In this document: positions 25,020 through 37,807 of the stretch, piece after piece
Layout of the letters: each line of letters begins with the position of its first letter
Position numbering within the stretch: the stretch's first letter is position 1
Origin: Lama guanicoe
Lineage: Eukaryota
Direction of reading: 5' to 3'
DNA: 64,000 nt
Assembly: GCA_013239625.1 (NCBI GenBank)
Contig: MU056050.1
Span: forward strand, 7,482,773 to 7,546,772
Program-made: the position numbers and the translations under genes
The notes under the pieces: model-generated
The model's input: only the letters and a program-made list of their open reading frames with translations
The model's database searches: none
Told to the model about the DNA's origin: nothing

Positions 25020-27716
25020 TGTTCCATTTTGAGTGTGTGTGTGTGACCTTTTTTTTTTTTGATAAGGTATGAGGTTTATTGAGCTTTGTTTTTTGTTGTT
25101 GTTTTTGGCCTATGAATGACCAATGGCTCCAACACCAGTTGTTGAAAATTTTATCCTTCCTCCATGAAAAAAATTTGCAAATTTTGTCAAAAATCAGTTG
25201 GGCATATTCATTAATCAGTTGGGGCTACTTCTGAGTTTTCTATTCAGTTCCACCGATCTATGTGTCTATCCCTCTGCCAATGCCACACAGTCTTGATTGC
25301 TGTAGCTATAATGTTGAGTAGAGTAATTCTTCCCACTTTGTTTTTCTTTGTCAAGATTGTCTTACCTATTCTAGGGCTTATACCTTTCTGTATAAATTTT
25401 AGAATAAGCTATCTTAAGTCTACATAAAACCTTGCATGGATTTTTATAAAAATTGTACTAAATCTATAAATCATTTGGTGTAGAACTGACATTTTTACTG
25501 TAATGAGCCTTCTAATCCATGAGCACAGTATGTCTCTCCATTTATTTAGGTCTTTTAAATTTTTGTTTCATTAGCATTTTGTTATTTTCAACATACAGAT
25601 CCTGTACAAATTTTGTTAAGGTGCATACAAAAGTATTTCATTTCCTTGGAATAACTGCCAATGGTTTTGTGTTTTTATTTTCAGTTTCTGCATGTTCATT
25701 GTCAGTATATAGAAGTGCAATTGATTTTTGTGTGTTGGTCTTGTATCCTGAGACTTTGCTGAACTACCTATTAGTTCTAGGAGTTTTAAAAATAGACTCT
25801 CTTGGATTTCCTACTTAGACCATAATGTCATCTGCAAATAAGGATGGTTTTATTTATTGCTTTCTATTCTGTGGGCCTTTTATTTCTTTTGCCTGCATTA
25901 ATGGAAGTAGCTACAACTTCCAGTATTATGTTGGATAAGAGTGGTGAGAGTACAAATCTTTGCCCTGTTCTTGACCTTAGGGGGAGGCATTCAGTTTTTC
26001 ATCATTAAGTATAGTTAGCTGTATGTGTTTTGTAAGTGGTCTTTAGCACATGCTCATATCATATTAAGAGACATTCTGTGTTCATGTATTAGAAGACTAC
26101 AATTAGAAGAGTAAACATATTGAACATGTCGATTCTCCCCCAAATCATCTATAGGTTAATTCCTCTCTATTTTTATTTTTCTAAGAGTTTTCACTATGAA
26201 TGGTTGTAGGAGTTTGTCAAATGCCTTTTGTGCGTTAACTTATATAATCATATGCTTTTTCTTCTTTAGCTTATTGACATGGTGAGTTATATTATTGATT
26301 TTCAAATATTGAATTAGCCTTGCATACCTGAAATAAATCCTACTTGTTATTGGTGTATAACCCTTTTATTATATTTCTAGATTAATTTTGATAATATTCT
26401 GTTCAGTATTTTTATATCTAAGTTCATCAGATATATTGTTCTTTAGTTTTCTTTTTCTTATCTTTCTTTCTTTCTTTTTTTTTTTTGGTACTATCTTTGT
26501 CTGGTTTTTAGTATCAGGGTAATACTGACTTCCTAAAATGATTTGGGAAGGATTCCTCCTTTTTCTATTTTTGGAAGAGATTGTGTAAAATCTGTGTTAA
26601 TTCTTTAAATGTTTAGTAGGACATTTTTTCTGAGGGGGGTTTAATTATGAATTCAATTTCTTTGATCATTATAGGTGTATTTGGATTGCCTATTTCAACT
26701 TGGTTGAATTTTGATAGTTTTGTGTTTTTGAGGAGTTGATCCATTTCACTTAAGTTGTCAAATTTATATATATAGAGTTCTTTATAGTATTCCTTTATTC
26801 TCTTTTGATGTTTGCAGGGACTGTAATGATATTCCCTGTTTTATTCCTGATATTGGTAATTTGTCCTTCTCTTTTTTTCTTTGTCAGTCCTGTTCATGAT
26901 CTATTGATTATATTGGACTTTTCAAAGAAATAGCTTTTTGTTTTAGTGATTTTCTCTATTGTTTTCTTATTTTCAATTTCATTAATTTCTCTTCTTGTAT
27001 TTATTATTTACTTTCTTCTCCTTGCTTTGTACTCATTTAATTTTTCTAGATTCTTGAGGTAGGAAGTTAGACTATTGATTTGAGAAATTTCCTTATTTCT
27101 AATGTAAGCTGTTAGTGTTAGACATTTCTTTCTCAGCACTTCTTTAGCTGCTTACCACAAATTTTTATATGTAGTATTTTCATTTCTATTCAGTTAAAGG
27201 TATTTTTTGACTTCCCTTTAGATTTCCTCTTTGACTCATGGATTATTTAGAAGAGTATTGTTTAGTTTCCAAATGTTTAAGTATTTACTTGTTACCTCTT
27301 TGTTATTGATTTCTGGATTGATTCCATTGTGGTTAGTGAACACTGCTCTGTATGATTTCAATTCTCTTAAATTTTTTGAGGCTTGTTTTATATACCAAGA
27401 TATGGTCTATCTTGGCAAATGTTCTGTAGTCTCTTAAAAATAATGTGTATTCTGCTGTTGTTAGGTGAAGTGTTCTATATATGTCAATTAGAGCCTGTTC
27501 ATTGATTGTGTTTTTCAGATCTTTATTATCCTTGATGATTTAATGTCCAATAATTGTACCAGTTGTAGCAGAGTGTTGAAGTCCTCAACTCTAATTAAGC
27601 ATTTTTCTATTTCTTCTTTCAGCTCTGTCCATTTTTAATTCATTTATTTTGAGATTCTATATTTTGGTGCAAATAGGATGATGCTTTTAAATCTCAGCTT
27701 AGATCATGTTTCTTTT

Positions 27717-27998
27717 TTAACATTTTTTATTGATTTATAATCATTTTACAATGTTGTGTCAAATTCCAGTGTTCAGCACAATTTTTCAGTCATTCATGGA
27801 CATATACACACTCATTGTCACATTTTTTTCTCTGTGAGTTATCATAACATTTTGATACAGACTTGTGGTTACCAGGGGGGTGGAGGGTGGGAAGGGATAG
27901 ACTGGGATTTCAAAATTGTAGAATAGATAAACAAGATTACACTGTATAGCACAGGGAAATATACACAAAATGTTAACATTTTTTATTGAGTTATATAA
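27717..27998 (-). mobile_element. Very short young L1 3'UTR insertion with 5' inversion
   Basis: TSD atcatgtttctttt at 27703-27716 and 27999-28012; 27717-27854 minus and 27855-27975 plus, both matching the 36918-37165 3'UTR. Confidence 0.92.
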
Positions 27999-28812
27999 AT
28001 CATGTTTCTTTTCTGCTGCAAAACTTCATGGTGTTTCCCTATTTCATTTGGAACTATGAAGTCCTTATAATAGTCTATAGGGTTCTATAAGATGTCTATA
28101 AGATGCCACTCCTGGTTATCTCCCTAACTTCATTTCCCACTCTTCTCCCCCTCACCACCTCTGTTGCAGCCATACTGGCCTCCTTGATCTTCCATGAGAA
28201 GACCACACACTCTGCCTCTTTAAGGCCTTTACCCTAACTCTTCACTCTGCTAAGAATGCTCCATCAGTTTGGGGTACAGTTATTGCAAAGATTGTTAGCT
28301 TTAAACATTAGAGAAGCAAAGGCCTTAAGAAAGTAAATGCCAATGACAAACAGTATATTATTAGTAGAGCCAGTGTGTTATAGAGAAAGTGAGCCTGAAG
28401 AAGAGCAGTGAGAGAAGGTGAGATAAACAGCAGCAGCTCTGGTTTTACATATAGGAAGAACTGAAACCCCAAATTCCCTCATTTAAAAAAACTTACCCCC
28501 AACAGCCTAGCACTGGGTCTGAAATTTAAGCAGAATACTGCTTGGGGATAAGTATATAATGGCTCTGAGGAATCTGGCAGTATAAAACTTTGTATAATTT
28601 AGATTTAATCCAGAGCTTGAAAAAATTTATTTGTCAAGAGTATATTTCCCTTTCCCTCCCCTAATGCCTATCTCATAAAATCCATTTTGAGAAACACTGA
28701 GTTAAAGTTTTGTGTTTCTAGAAAACTCCTGCTAAAAGACTAATACTACTGGAAAGGCCAACCTAGTTGTAAGTCTTTAATACTCTGTGATGATTATTTT
28801 ATCCAATTAGCC

Positions 28813-29018
28813 CAGGGATTGGCAAACTATGGCAAAGGCCTCAGCCCTCCACTTGATTTTGTAAATAACATTTTATCGGAACATATCCACATCCATTTGT
28901 CCATGGCTGATTTTTCATTACAATGGTAGAATTGAGTAGTTGTGACAGAGATGTATGGTCAGCAAAGCCAAAAATATTTACTATCTGACTTTTTACAGAG
29001 AGAGTTTGCTGAGCCCTG
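28813..29018 (+). mobile_element. MER58A-like hAT-Charlie MITE
   Basis: TIRs cagggattggcaaac / gtttgctgagccctg; aaagccaaaaatatttactatctg. Confidence 0.85.
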
Positions 29019-29044
29019 GATTTACCCAATAGCAAGGCCCTGAG

Positions 29045-29585
29045 ATTTATTTATTACTGCTGAACAGATGATACCATAAGTTAGTGGCTGACCATAACAA
29101 TTTATTATTATCTCTCATGGTTCTGGGGATTTAATGGGGTCAGCTGGGAAGTTCTCATTTGGTGTCTCTCATGCAGTTACAATCAAATGGTAACTGGGGC
29201 TTCAGTCACCTGAAGTCTCAACTGGGCTGAACATCCAAGATGGCTCACTCACGTGACTGGCAATTAATGCTGGATTTCAGCTGGGAGCTTAGCAAGCCTG
29301 TTGACTAGAGCACCTACATGTGGCCTTTCTCTTTGGGGTAGATTTCTCATAGCATGGCAGCTAGGTTACCAGAGGGTCATTTCAAGCATAGGAAGTCGAT
29401 ACTGCCTGTTCTCTTCAAGGCTAGACTTGGTATAATGGCACTTTCATTTATTCAGTTGGCCAAAACAATCATAAGCCAGCTCAGATTTAAGAGGAATAAA
29501 CTCTACCTCTGCACAAGGGAAGAGAAATAGTGTACATGGAAGGACAAAATTAATGCTGATTATGTTGAAGACAAACTACCACCAT
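29045..29585 (-). mobile_element. MaLR LTR (MLT1G/H-like)
   Basis: tttattattatctctcatggttctgggg..catccaagatggctcactcac..gacaaactaccacca. Confidence 0.75.
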
Positions 29586-29691
29586 GGGGAGGTGGTATGA
29601 AGTGCTTGGAGAGTAAGGTGTAGAAGGTTTTCTCTGGAAAGAACCTTCAGGGTGACTGAAGCGAACTCTGCTTTCACCTGTGCTTATTTTT

Positions 29692-30977
29692 TTAATTTGC
29701 TTTCTTTTTTTACTGAAGTATAGTCAGTTTACAATGTTGTGTCACTTTTTGGTGTACAGCATCATGCTTCAGTCATATATATACATACATATATTCGTTT
29801 TCATATTCTTTTTCATATTAGGTTGCTATAAGATACTGAATATAATTCCCTGTGCTATACAGTAGAAACTTGTTGTTTATCTATTTTATATATAGTAGTG
29901 TATATCTGCAAATCTCTAACTCCCAATTTATCCCTTCCCACTCCCTTTCTCTCCTGGTAACCATAAGTTTGCTTTCTATGTCTGTGAGTTTGTTTCTGTT
30001 TTGTAAATAAGTTCATTTGTGTCTTTTTTTTGAGATCCCACATATAGGTGATATCATATGGTATGTTTTTCTCTTTCTGGCTTACTTCCTTTAGAATGAC
30101 AATCTCCAGGTCCATCCATGTTGCTGGAAATGGCATTATGTTATTCTTTTTTATGGCTAAGTAGTATTCCATTGTGTATATGTACCACATCTTCCATATC
30201 TATTCATCTTTCAAGGGACATTTAGGTTGTTTCCATGTCTTTCTATTGTAAATAGTGCTGCTGTGAATATTGGTGTGCAAGTGTCTTTTTGAATTATAGT
30301 TTTTGTCAGGGTATATGCCCAGGAGTGGGATAGCTGGATCATATGGTAAGTCTATTTTTAGTTTTTTATGGAACCTTTATACATACTGTCCTCCAAAGTG
30401 ACAGCACCAATTTACATTCCCACCAAGAGTGTAGGAGAGTTCCTTTTTTCTCCACACCCTCTCAAGCATTTGCAGACTTTTTAATGATGGCCATTCTGAC
30501 TGGTGTGAGGTGATACCTCATTGTAGTTTTGATTTGCATTTCTCTAATAATTAGAAATGCCGAGCATATTTTCACGTGTCTGTTTGCCATCTGTATGTCT
30601 TCTTTGGAGAGATGTCTATTTAGGTCTTCTCCCATTTTTTGGTTGGGTTGCTTTTTTTTGATATTAAGCTATATGAGCTATTTGTATATTTTGGGAATTA
30701 GTCCCTTGTTGGTCACATCATTTGCAAATATTTTATCCCATTGTGTAGGTTGTCTTTTCATTTTGTTGATGTTATCCTTAGCTATGCAGAAGTTTTTAAG
30801 TTTAATTAGGTCCCATTTGTTTATTTTTGCTTTTATGTCCATTACTGTAGGAACTTGTTTGAAAAAAAAATATTGCTGTGATTTATGTCAGAGTGTTCTG
30901 ACTGTTTTCCTCTAGGACTTTTATAGTATCAGGTCTTACATTTAGGTCTTTAATCCATTTTGAGTTTATTTCATATA
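29692..30977 (-). mobile_element. 5'-truncated L1 of intermediate age
   Basis: 18-bp TSD ttcacctgtgcttatttt at 29673-29690 and 30978-30995; ORF2 end [15 protein letters not shown]. Confidence 0.93.
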
Positions 30978-31544
30978 TTCACCTGTGCTTATTTTATACA
31001 TAATTATATTGAAACTCAGAGCATTAGAAAAAGCTACTGACGGTTGGTGTCTGCCTCACAGTGTTTACAAGGACTGTAGCTAGCTTGCTGGAGGTTTGTT
31101 ACTAACCCCAAAGGAGACGGGAGTAGGGCTAAGGGGTTGGTGTGAGGAAGCTGATGGAGCCTGAGTCCCTGAGTGAGGCTCCCTTCTTTCCCTAAGTCTT
31201 TCCTTACTCTCAGAGGCTCACTCAGTTGCCTCAGCTACTATATAGATATCTAGGCCTTACAGACATATCAGTCCCTACCACTATGCTTTGTAGGCTTCTG
31301 AAGCTTTTTTTTGAATCTGGACTCTGTATCCAAATGAACTCTGAATACCTTGAGGACAGGGACCACATTTTCACTTTCTTTCACTCCTTCTGGCCCTGAA
31401 ATACCTCATACTGGTACTATATACATGGCAGACAACAGAAACTGTAACACTATTCGAATCCCAGTTCATTTTCCAGCACAGTCTATGCAGGTGGAATTCT
31501 GTGGTCTCATCCCCACACACTATGCCAGCCTCATCTTTGTCCTT

Positions 31545-31935
31545 CAGCCACACTCAGTGATGTTATACCAAGCACCCCCCACTTCTCCCTCCCTCTCTCC
31601 TGGATGAATGCATATGTTGTTCTCAATGTTTGGAACATTCTTCCTTCTCACTCACGTTCTTTCACTGGTCTACCTCTTTGATATTTTTCAGAGCTCAGCT
31701 TGAGTGTTAATTCTTCAAAGAGATCCTCCCTGATCTTTTAGGTACTCCTCTTTTGTGTTTTCACAGCATCTTGTATTTCCCTCTTAATAGTTATTTCTCC
31801 ATTCTCTTCTAATATAATTACTTACTTGTCTGTCTCCTTGGCTTGACTACAGTGCTTGAGGGTGCAGGCTGTGTCTGTCTTCAACTTTGTCTCACCATAG
31901 ACTTGCCAGAAGTCTGACACAACAAATGGATGCAC
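31545..31935. mobile_element. L2 3' fragment
   Basis: tggaacattcttcc..cttgtctgtctcc..cttgagggtgcaggctgtgtctg. Confidence 0.65.
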
Positions 31936-33350
31936 TCTCCCTTCAGTGATACTCACTTTCTTCCTGCTCTCCTATATAAGTCTGCTGGAACAGGAGTTGG
32001 GAGAATGGATAAGGAGCATATGTCCAAAATATCATATGAGCCACTTGCAGCCCCTCTGAACAATTCTTTAGAGCTCTTGCTTGTCTTGTCCCAGAACTCT
32101 GTTTGCAAGAACCAAAAGGCTCCTTTGTAAGGCTCCATGCATATGCTTCTCTACTTTCCAGCCTCCCACCACCAACTCAGTAAGCACTGCATGTCAAGCA
32201 CCTCCTTGCTTCAATACCCCCAAACACACCAGAACCATGGCATAACACTGGGAAATGTTTGTTAACTCCTGAGCTTGAAAAGTTTGATCTAGGCTTTTTG
32301 ACAAGAAGCAGGGGGTGGCTCTGGGGTGCCAATCAATTGTAAGAAGACGGCTAATGTGCTTGTGAAATGACTGGCCCCCTAGGATCCTTTGTCAAGCAGG
32401 ATGAATATGGTTAAATATAACTTGCCAGACTACAAGCAGCCTTCAGACGGCAGAAAGGATCCAGTAGGACATTGCACATCACGGAGTAACCCCAGGGTAG
32501 TGAACATCAACTGTCCTGCTCAATTAATCCTTGGAAACATAGTCAGAATTAATGGGGAACTTGTTGAAAGTTGATCGACACCTTTTGAAAGGTGAAATCC
32601 TTTTCTGTTCCCATTAAGTGTTGTTAAGGCCATTAGCAGAAATTGGAGTAGAGAAATATGACCTTTCATGTGGTAGATTCAGAGGCTAAGAAGATGGACA
32701 AGATGGAAATGTACCGGCAGCTTATAATAAGCACCTGGGTGGGCAGTGATAACTAGAGATTGAAAATTGACAAATGGGTCAAACTGGCAGAGACCAAGAC
32801 AGAGAGGGATGGAGTGCAGTTTGCATGCAGAGGAATAAGCATCAATAATCCAGCAATTTTGCCCACACTGAGGACCACATACGAATTACTCAGAAAGTGG
32901 CTAGAATTTGCTAAATGGAAAAGTGGGGAAATTTTGTTACAAGTTGAAGAGCTAACTTTCCAGCTGTTGAGAGGAGTAAATTATTTAGTCTTTTCTGGGA
33001 AGTTAGGGTACTAAAGAGAAATTCTCTAGACTAGAAGTCAGGAGGTCTCTGTCATCTCTTTATTCAGTTTCAAAGTGCCTGAATGACTCCAACCCTCCTC
33101 ATCCTGCAGTTGGTTGTATCCTTCCAAGTGATGAATGTGATATTTCTTTGAAAGATATCAAGCTATACAAATGTAAGGAATTATCATCATGATCATCCAG
33201 CTGAATCAAGTGCAAAGAATATTGCTTATAAGGAACTATGTGAGATTTTAATTATTTCCTCTGATGGAGGTGAACATGTTTACAGATAATCTTCAATAGC
33301 AGTAGTGCCCAGATGATTTATCTTGGGCTTTAGAGACAAATACACCATGA

Positions 33351-33353
33351 TAT

Positions 33354-33396
<43 letters not shown>

Positions 33397-33483
33397 TTTT
33401 ATTTAGGATGGAGGTCCCGGGGATTTAACCAGGACCTCCTACATGCTAAGCATGCATTCTACCACCAAGCTATTTATCTCCCC
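33351..33483 (-). mobile_element. tRNA-derived SINE (Vic-1-like) with expanded (TTTA)n tail
   Basis: (ttta)n 33351-33400 followed by ggggatttaaccaggacctcctacatgctaagcatgcattctacc. Confidence 0.8.
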
Positions 33484-33489
33484 ACCACA

Positions 33490-33745
33490 TTATTATTTGA
33501 ATGCTAACTCTGTATTGGGTACTGTGCTAAGCGTTTTACTGTATGTTCTCATTTAATTCTCAAAACCACCCTGTGGCTTTAGATACTATTATTATCTTCA
33601 TATTATAGGTAAGGAAACTTAGACTAAAGGAGATTAGTAATTTGTCCAAGGTCATATTATTAGTAAAAGACAAAGTCTAACTTTAAACGCAGGTATTATC
33701 TCCAAAGCACGTGCAAGGATCCACTATACAATACTGCTGTATACA
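33490..33745 (-). mobile_element. MIR SINE
   Basis: ggtactgtgctaagcgttttac..aaggaaacttagactaaaggagattagtaatttgtccaaggtca. Confidence 0.75.
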
Positions 33746-33914
33746 TATATGAATGAACTTGAGGTTCTGGGAAGGAAAGAAATGTGACCTGCCCAAGGCC
33801 ATCCAATTGGTTAGTCGACCTACATACTATTTGTTCTTGGAGTGAATCCAGCAGGTTCACAGCAAGTGAAGACTACAACAAAGTCTCAATTTATTGCTGT
33901 AGCTCAGGTATTAC

Positions 33915-34788
33915 ATAAACAATACTTGCAACTTAATAAAAATAAAAATAAACCAACTAAAAATTGAGCAAATGATCTGAATATATATAACTTCAAAGAG
34001 GATATACAAATGACCAATAAGTTCATGAAAAAATGCTCAACATCATTAGCTATCAGGGAAATGCAAATCAAAACAACACTGAGATACCACTTCACACCTA
34101 TAATCAAAAAGACAGACAATAACAAGTGTTGTTGAGGATGTGGAGAAAGTGAAACCCTCATACACTGCTGGTGGGAATGGAAAGTGGTGATGCTTCTTTG
34201 GAAGTTCCTTAAAATGTTAAACATGGTAGTACTATATAACCCAGTAATTCCATGAGTGTTTACCCAAGAGAATTGAAAACATATGTTTACAAAAAACTTG
34301 TACTCAAAAGTTCATAATAGCTTTTTCATAAAAGCCAAAATGTGGGAACAGCTCAATTGTCCATCAACTGATCAATGAATAAACAAAATCTGAAATAATC
34401 CACACAGTGAAATGTTATTCAACTGTGGAAAAGAATAAAGTACTGATACATACTACAACATGGATGAACATTGCAAACATTATGCTAAGTGAAACAAATC
34501 AGACACAAAAGACCACATTTTGTATGATTCCATTTACATGAAATGTCCAGAATAGGCAAATCTGTAGAGATAGCAAATAGTTTAGTTAATGGTTGCCAAG
34601 ACCTAGGTGGAGGGGGCAATGGGAATAATTGCTAATAGGTATGGAGTTTCTTTAGGGGTTGATGAAATATTCTAAAATTGATTTTTGGTGATGGTTTCTG
34701 TGAATACACTAAAAACCATCAAATTTTACACTTTAATATGGGAACTACATAGTATGTGAACTATGTCTCAATAAAGCTGTTAGAAAAA
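33915..34788 (+). mobile_element. L1MB-like 3' end
   Basis: ORF2 tail plus 3'UTR ending tatgtctcaataaagctgttagaaaaa. Confidence 0.85.
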
Positions 34789-34794
34789 GAACCA

Positions 34795-35745
34795 GCCCAA
34801 ATATCCTCTCCTTTATGAAGCATTTCCTGGTCTCCCACACAGGGTAGCCTCTTATTCCTCTGAGTTCTTCTAGCTCCTTGTACACACCTCTGCCATAGCA
34901 CTTACATCCCTGTATGGAAATGTCTGCTTGCCCCACTCGAGGAGCTCCTTAAGATCAGGGAACTTGTTTTATTTATTTCCTACATCTTAAAATTTCTCTG
35001 CTCCTTGCCTCATTCCCTATCTCTTTTCCTTCCTTCCCTTCCTTCCTTCCTCATCCCAAATTTTTACTTGGCACCGACTGTGTACAAAGGCATTATGCTA
35101 GGTATTTGGGGATGCAGTGATGAGTAAAGCATGGTCTTGCTGTAGTGTGTTTACAACCTACTAAAGAAGGCAGACATTAAACATGGATGATAAGTGTTAG
35201 GGAGTAAAAGCACTTAACTGGGAGGTCTGACATAATCTGAGTGGTGAGGAAAGAAATTGCTGATGATGTGTTATTCTATCTGAAACTTGAATGACTATTA
35301 AAAATTAGTTGTGGGTGTAAGGAAACAGCTTAATGAATGTCTTGAGATGGGAAAAAGCTTGACATCTTGGAAGAAGTGAAGGAAGGGCAATCTGTCTGAA
35401 ACATTAGGAGTGAAGGTACCAGGAAAGTGAGATGGACTTAACTGAGATGAAACTTGAGAGACAGCTTTGTTGGCCAGGTTAAGGAATTTGCACTTTGTTC
35501 CATAGGAGATTATACGTGTGTGTTTGTTGGTGGGGAGGTGACATGATATATATTTTTTTAAGTTCATTGCGATTGTTCACTGGAGAATGTATTGAAGGGA
35601 GTGTGAGCCAGAGTATTACTGTCTTCCAGTAATGAAAGTCGTTAGCATGTAAGTAGTCATAGAAGCCATGGAGCTAGCTTGTTCTTCTTATTTCCTCCCC
35701 AGTACCTGCAGTGGGGTTTGACACAAAGTATCTGTTGAACGTTAA
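34795..35745. mobile_element. L2 fragments
   Basis: gagctccttaagatcaggg; tgctaggtatttggggatgcagtgatgag; ggccaggttaaggaatttgcacttt. Confidence 0.6.
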
Positions 35746-35887
35746 AAGTAAGAAGTTGTCAACCATAGACCCTTCCAAAAAGGATAAGTGAGACCAATAT
35801 CCTCAGGTTCTTCCTTCTCTCAAACCAAGGCACACATAGGAGTCCCAGGGATGTGTGCATAGTAGGTACGCATTAAAAGCTAATCTG

Positions 35888-37170
35888 ATGGTGTTCAGAA
35901 AACTGGACAGCAGCATGTAAAGCAATGAAGCTAGAACACTCTCTTACATCATACACAAAGATAAACTCAAAATGGATCAAAGACTTAAACATAAGACAAG
36001 ATACAATAAACCTCCTAGAAGAAAATATAGGCAAAACATTATCTGACATACATCTCAAAAATGTTCTCCTAGGGCAGTCTACACAAGCAATAGAAATAAA
36101 AGCAAGAATAAACAAATGGGACCTAATGAAACTTACAAGCTTCTGCTCAGCAAAGGAAACCATAAGCAAAACAAAATGACAACCTACAGAATGGGAGAAG
36201 ATTTTTGCAAATAATGAAACCGACAAAGGCTTGATCTCTAGAATATATAAGCAGCTCATATGACTTAATAAGAAAAAAACAAACATCCCCATCCAAAAAT
36301 GGGCAGAACACCTAAACAAGCAATTCTCCAAGGAAGAAATACAAATGATCAATAGGCACATGAAAAAAATGCTCAGTATCACTAATTATCAGAGAAATGC
36401 AAATCAAAACTACAATGAGGTATCACCTCACACCAGTCAGAATGGCCGTCATTCAAAAATCCACAAATGACAAATGCTGGAGAGGCTGTGGAGAAAGAGG
36501 AACCCTCCTACACTGCTGGTGGGAATGCAGTTTGGTGCAGCCACTATGGAAAACAGTGTGGAGATTCCTCAAAAGACTAGGAATAGACTTACCATATGAC
36601 CCAGGAATCCCACTCCTGGGCTTGTATCCAGAAAGAAATCTACTTCAGGATGACACCTGCATCACTAAAATAATTAGTGATATTGAGCATTTTTTCATGT
36701 GCCTATTGATCATTTGTATGTCTTCCTTGGAGAATTGCTTGTTTAGGTCTTCTGCCCATTTTTGGATTGGGTCATTCTAAGTGAAGTAAGCCAGAAAGAG
36801 AAAGAAAAATACCATATGAGATCGCTCATATGTGGAATCTAAAAAACAAAAACAAAAACAAACAAACAAACAAAAGCAAAGCATAAATACAGGACAGAAA
36901 TAGACTCACAGACAGAGAATACAGACTTGTGGTTACTAGGGGGGTGGAGGGTGGGAAGGGATAGACTGGGATTTCAAAATTGTAGAATAGATAAACAAGA
37001 TTGCACCGTATAGCACAGGGAAATATACACAAAATGTTATGATAACTCACAGAGAAAAAAATGTGACAATGAGTGTGTATATGTCCATGAATGACTGAAA
37101 AATTGTGCTGAACACTGGAATTTGACACAACATTGTAAAATGATTATAAATCAATAAAAATGTTAAAAAA
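35888..37170 (+). mobile_element. Young lineage-specific L1, 5'-truncated, with internal inverted replacement at 36661-36770
   Basis: [22 protein letters not shown] and [16 protein letters not shown] peptides; 3' end tcaataaaaatgttaaaaaaa; no TSD found. Confidence 0.93.
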
Positions 37171-37807
37171 AGAATAGGCTGGTGTAAGTTGTTGAAAATT
37201 CCATTTCATACATCTTTTCTCATCACAGCACCTTCACCCCAATTCTCCTGACATTTCTCTGCCTGCCTCCCAAACCAGCCTCCAGTCACCTCCTTATCCT
37301 GTGGCCCAGCCCTAAGTGCCTTGCTCCTGACTTTTGCTCACCACTCACCAGTTGAACCCCTACACCCAGCATGGTAGCATTGAGTTGGACGAAGTACTGC
37401 AGTGGTACTCCTCTCAAGAAATATATGTGCATGTTTTCAGGCATCTTGGAGTCTCAAGGCCTTAACCAAAAGACTGACTCTAAGGAGCTTTGAATCTTTG
37501 TGATTGGTTATGAAAACAAGAGATTTTATTTGGTTGGGGAGGGAGGAAGCAGCAAGGAGAGGGATTAAATCGCCACATATCCAGCTGTTCAGTCACAGGC
37601 GACTTGACTTCAAGAGCCAGAGCTCCTCAACAATAAGCTACATGGCCCCCTGGAGAGGCACTTTCTGCTCTGCCACCCGACTGAGCTAGCCTCTTTCCCA
37701 CCTCACACTACCGGGCAACACCTATATTATTCTGTTCAGTGATGTACTTCTATATTGTTTGAATGTGTTGTGGGGATGAGGATACAGAATATGTGACAAG
37801 ATCTCTG

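Larger units (their letters stand above)
21489..27675 (-). mobile_element. L1MC-like element (3'UTR through ORF2 EN region) hosting several nested insertions
   Basis: Continuous reverse-strand ORF2 similarity around the inserts; inserted into an L2 (tgatgtttta / tgatgctttta flanks). Confidence 0.85.

Noticed and set aside
35870..37190. TSD for the young L1
   Set aside because: Flanks aaaagctaatctg and aaaagaataggctg do not match convincingly
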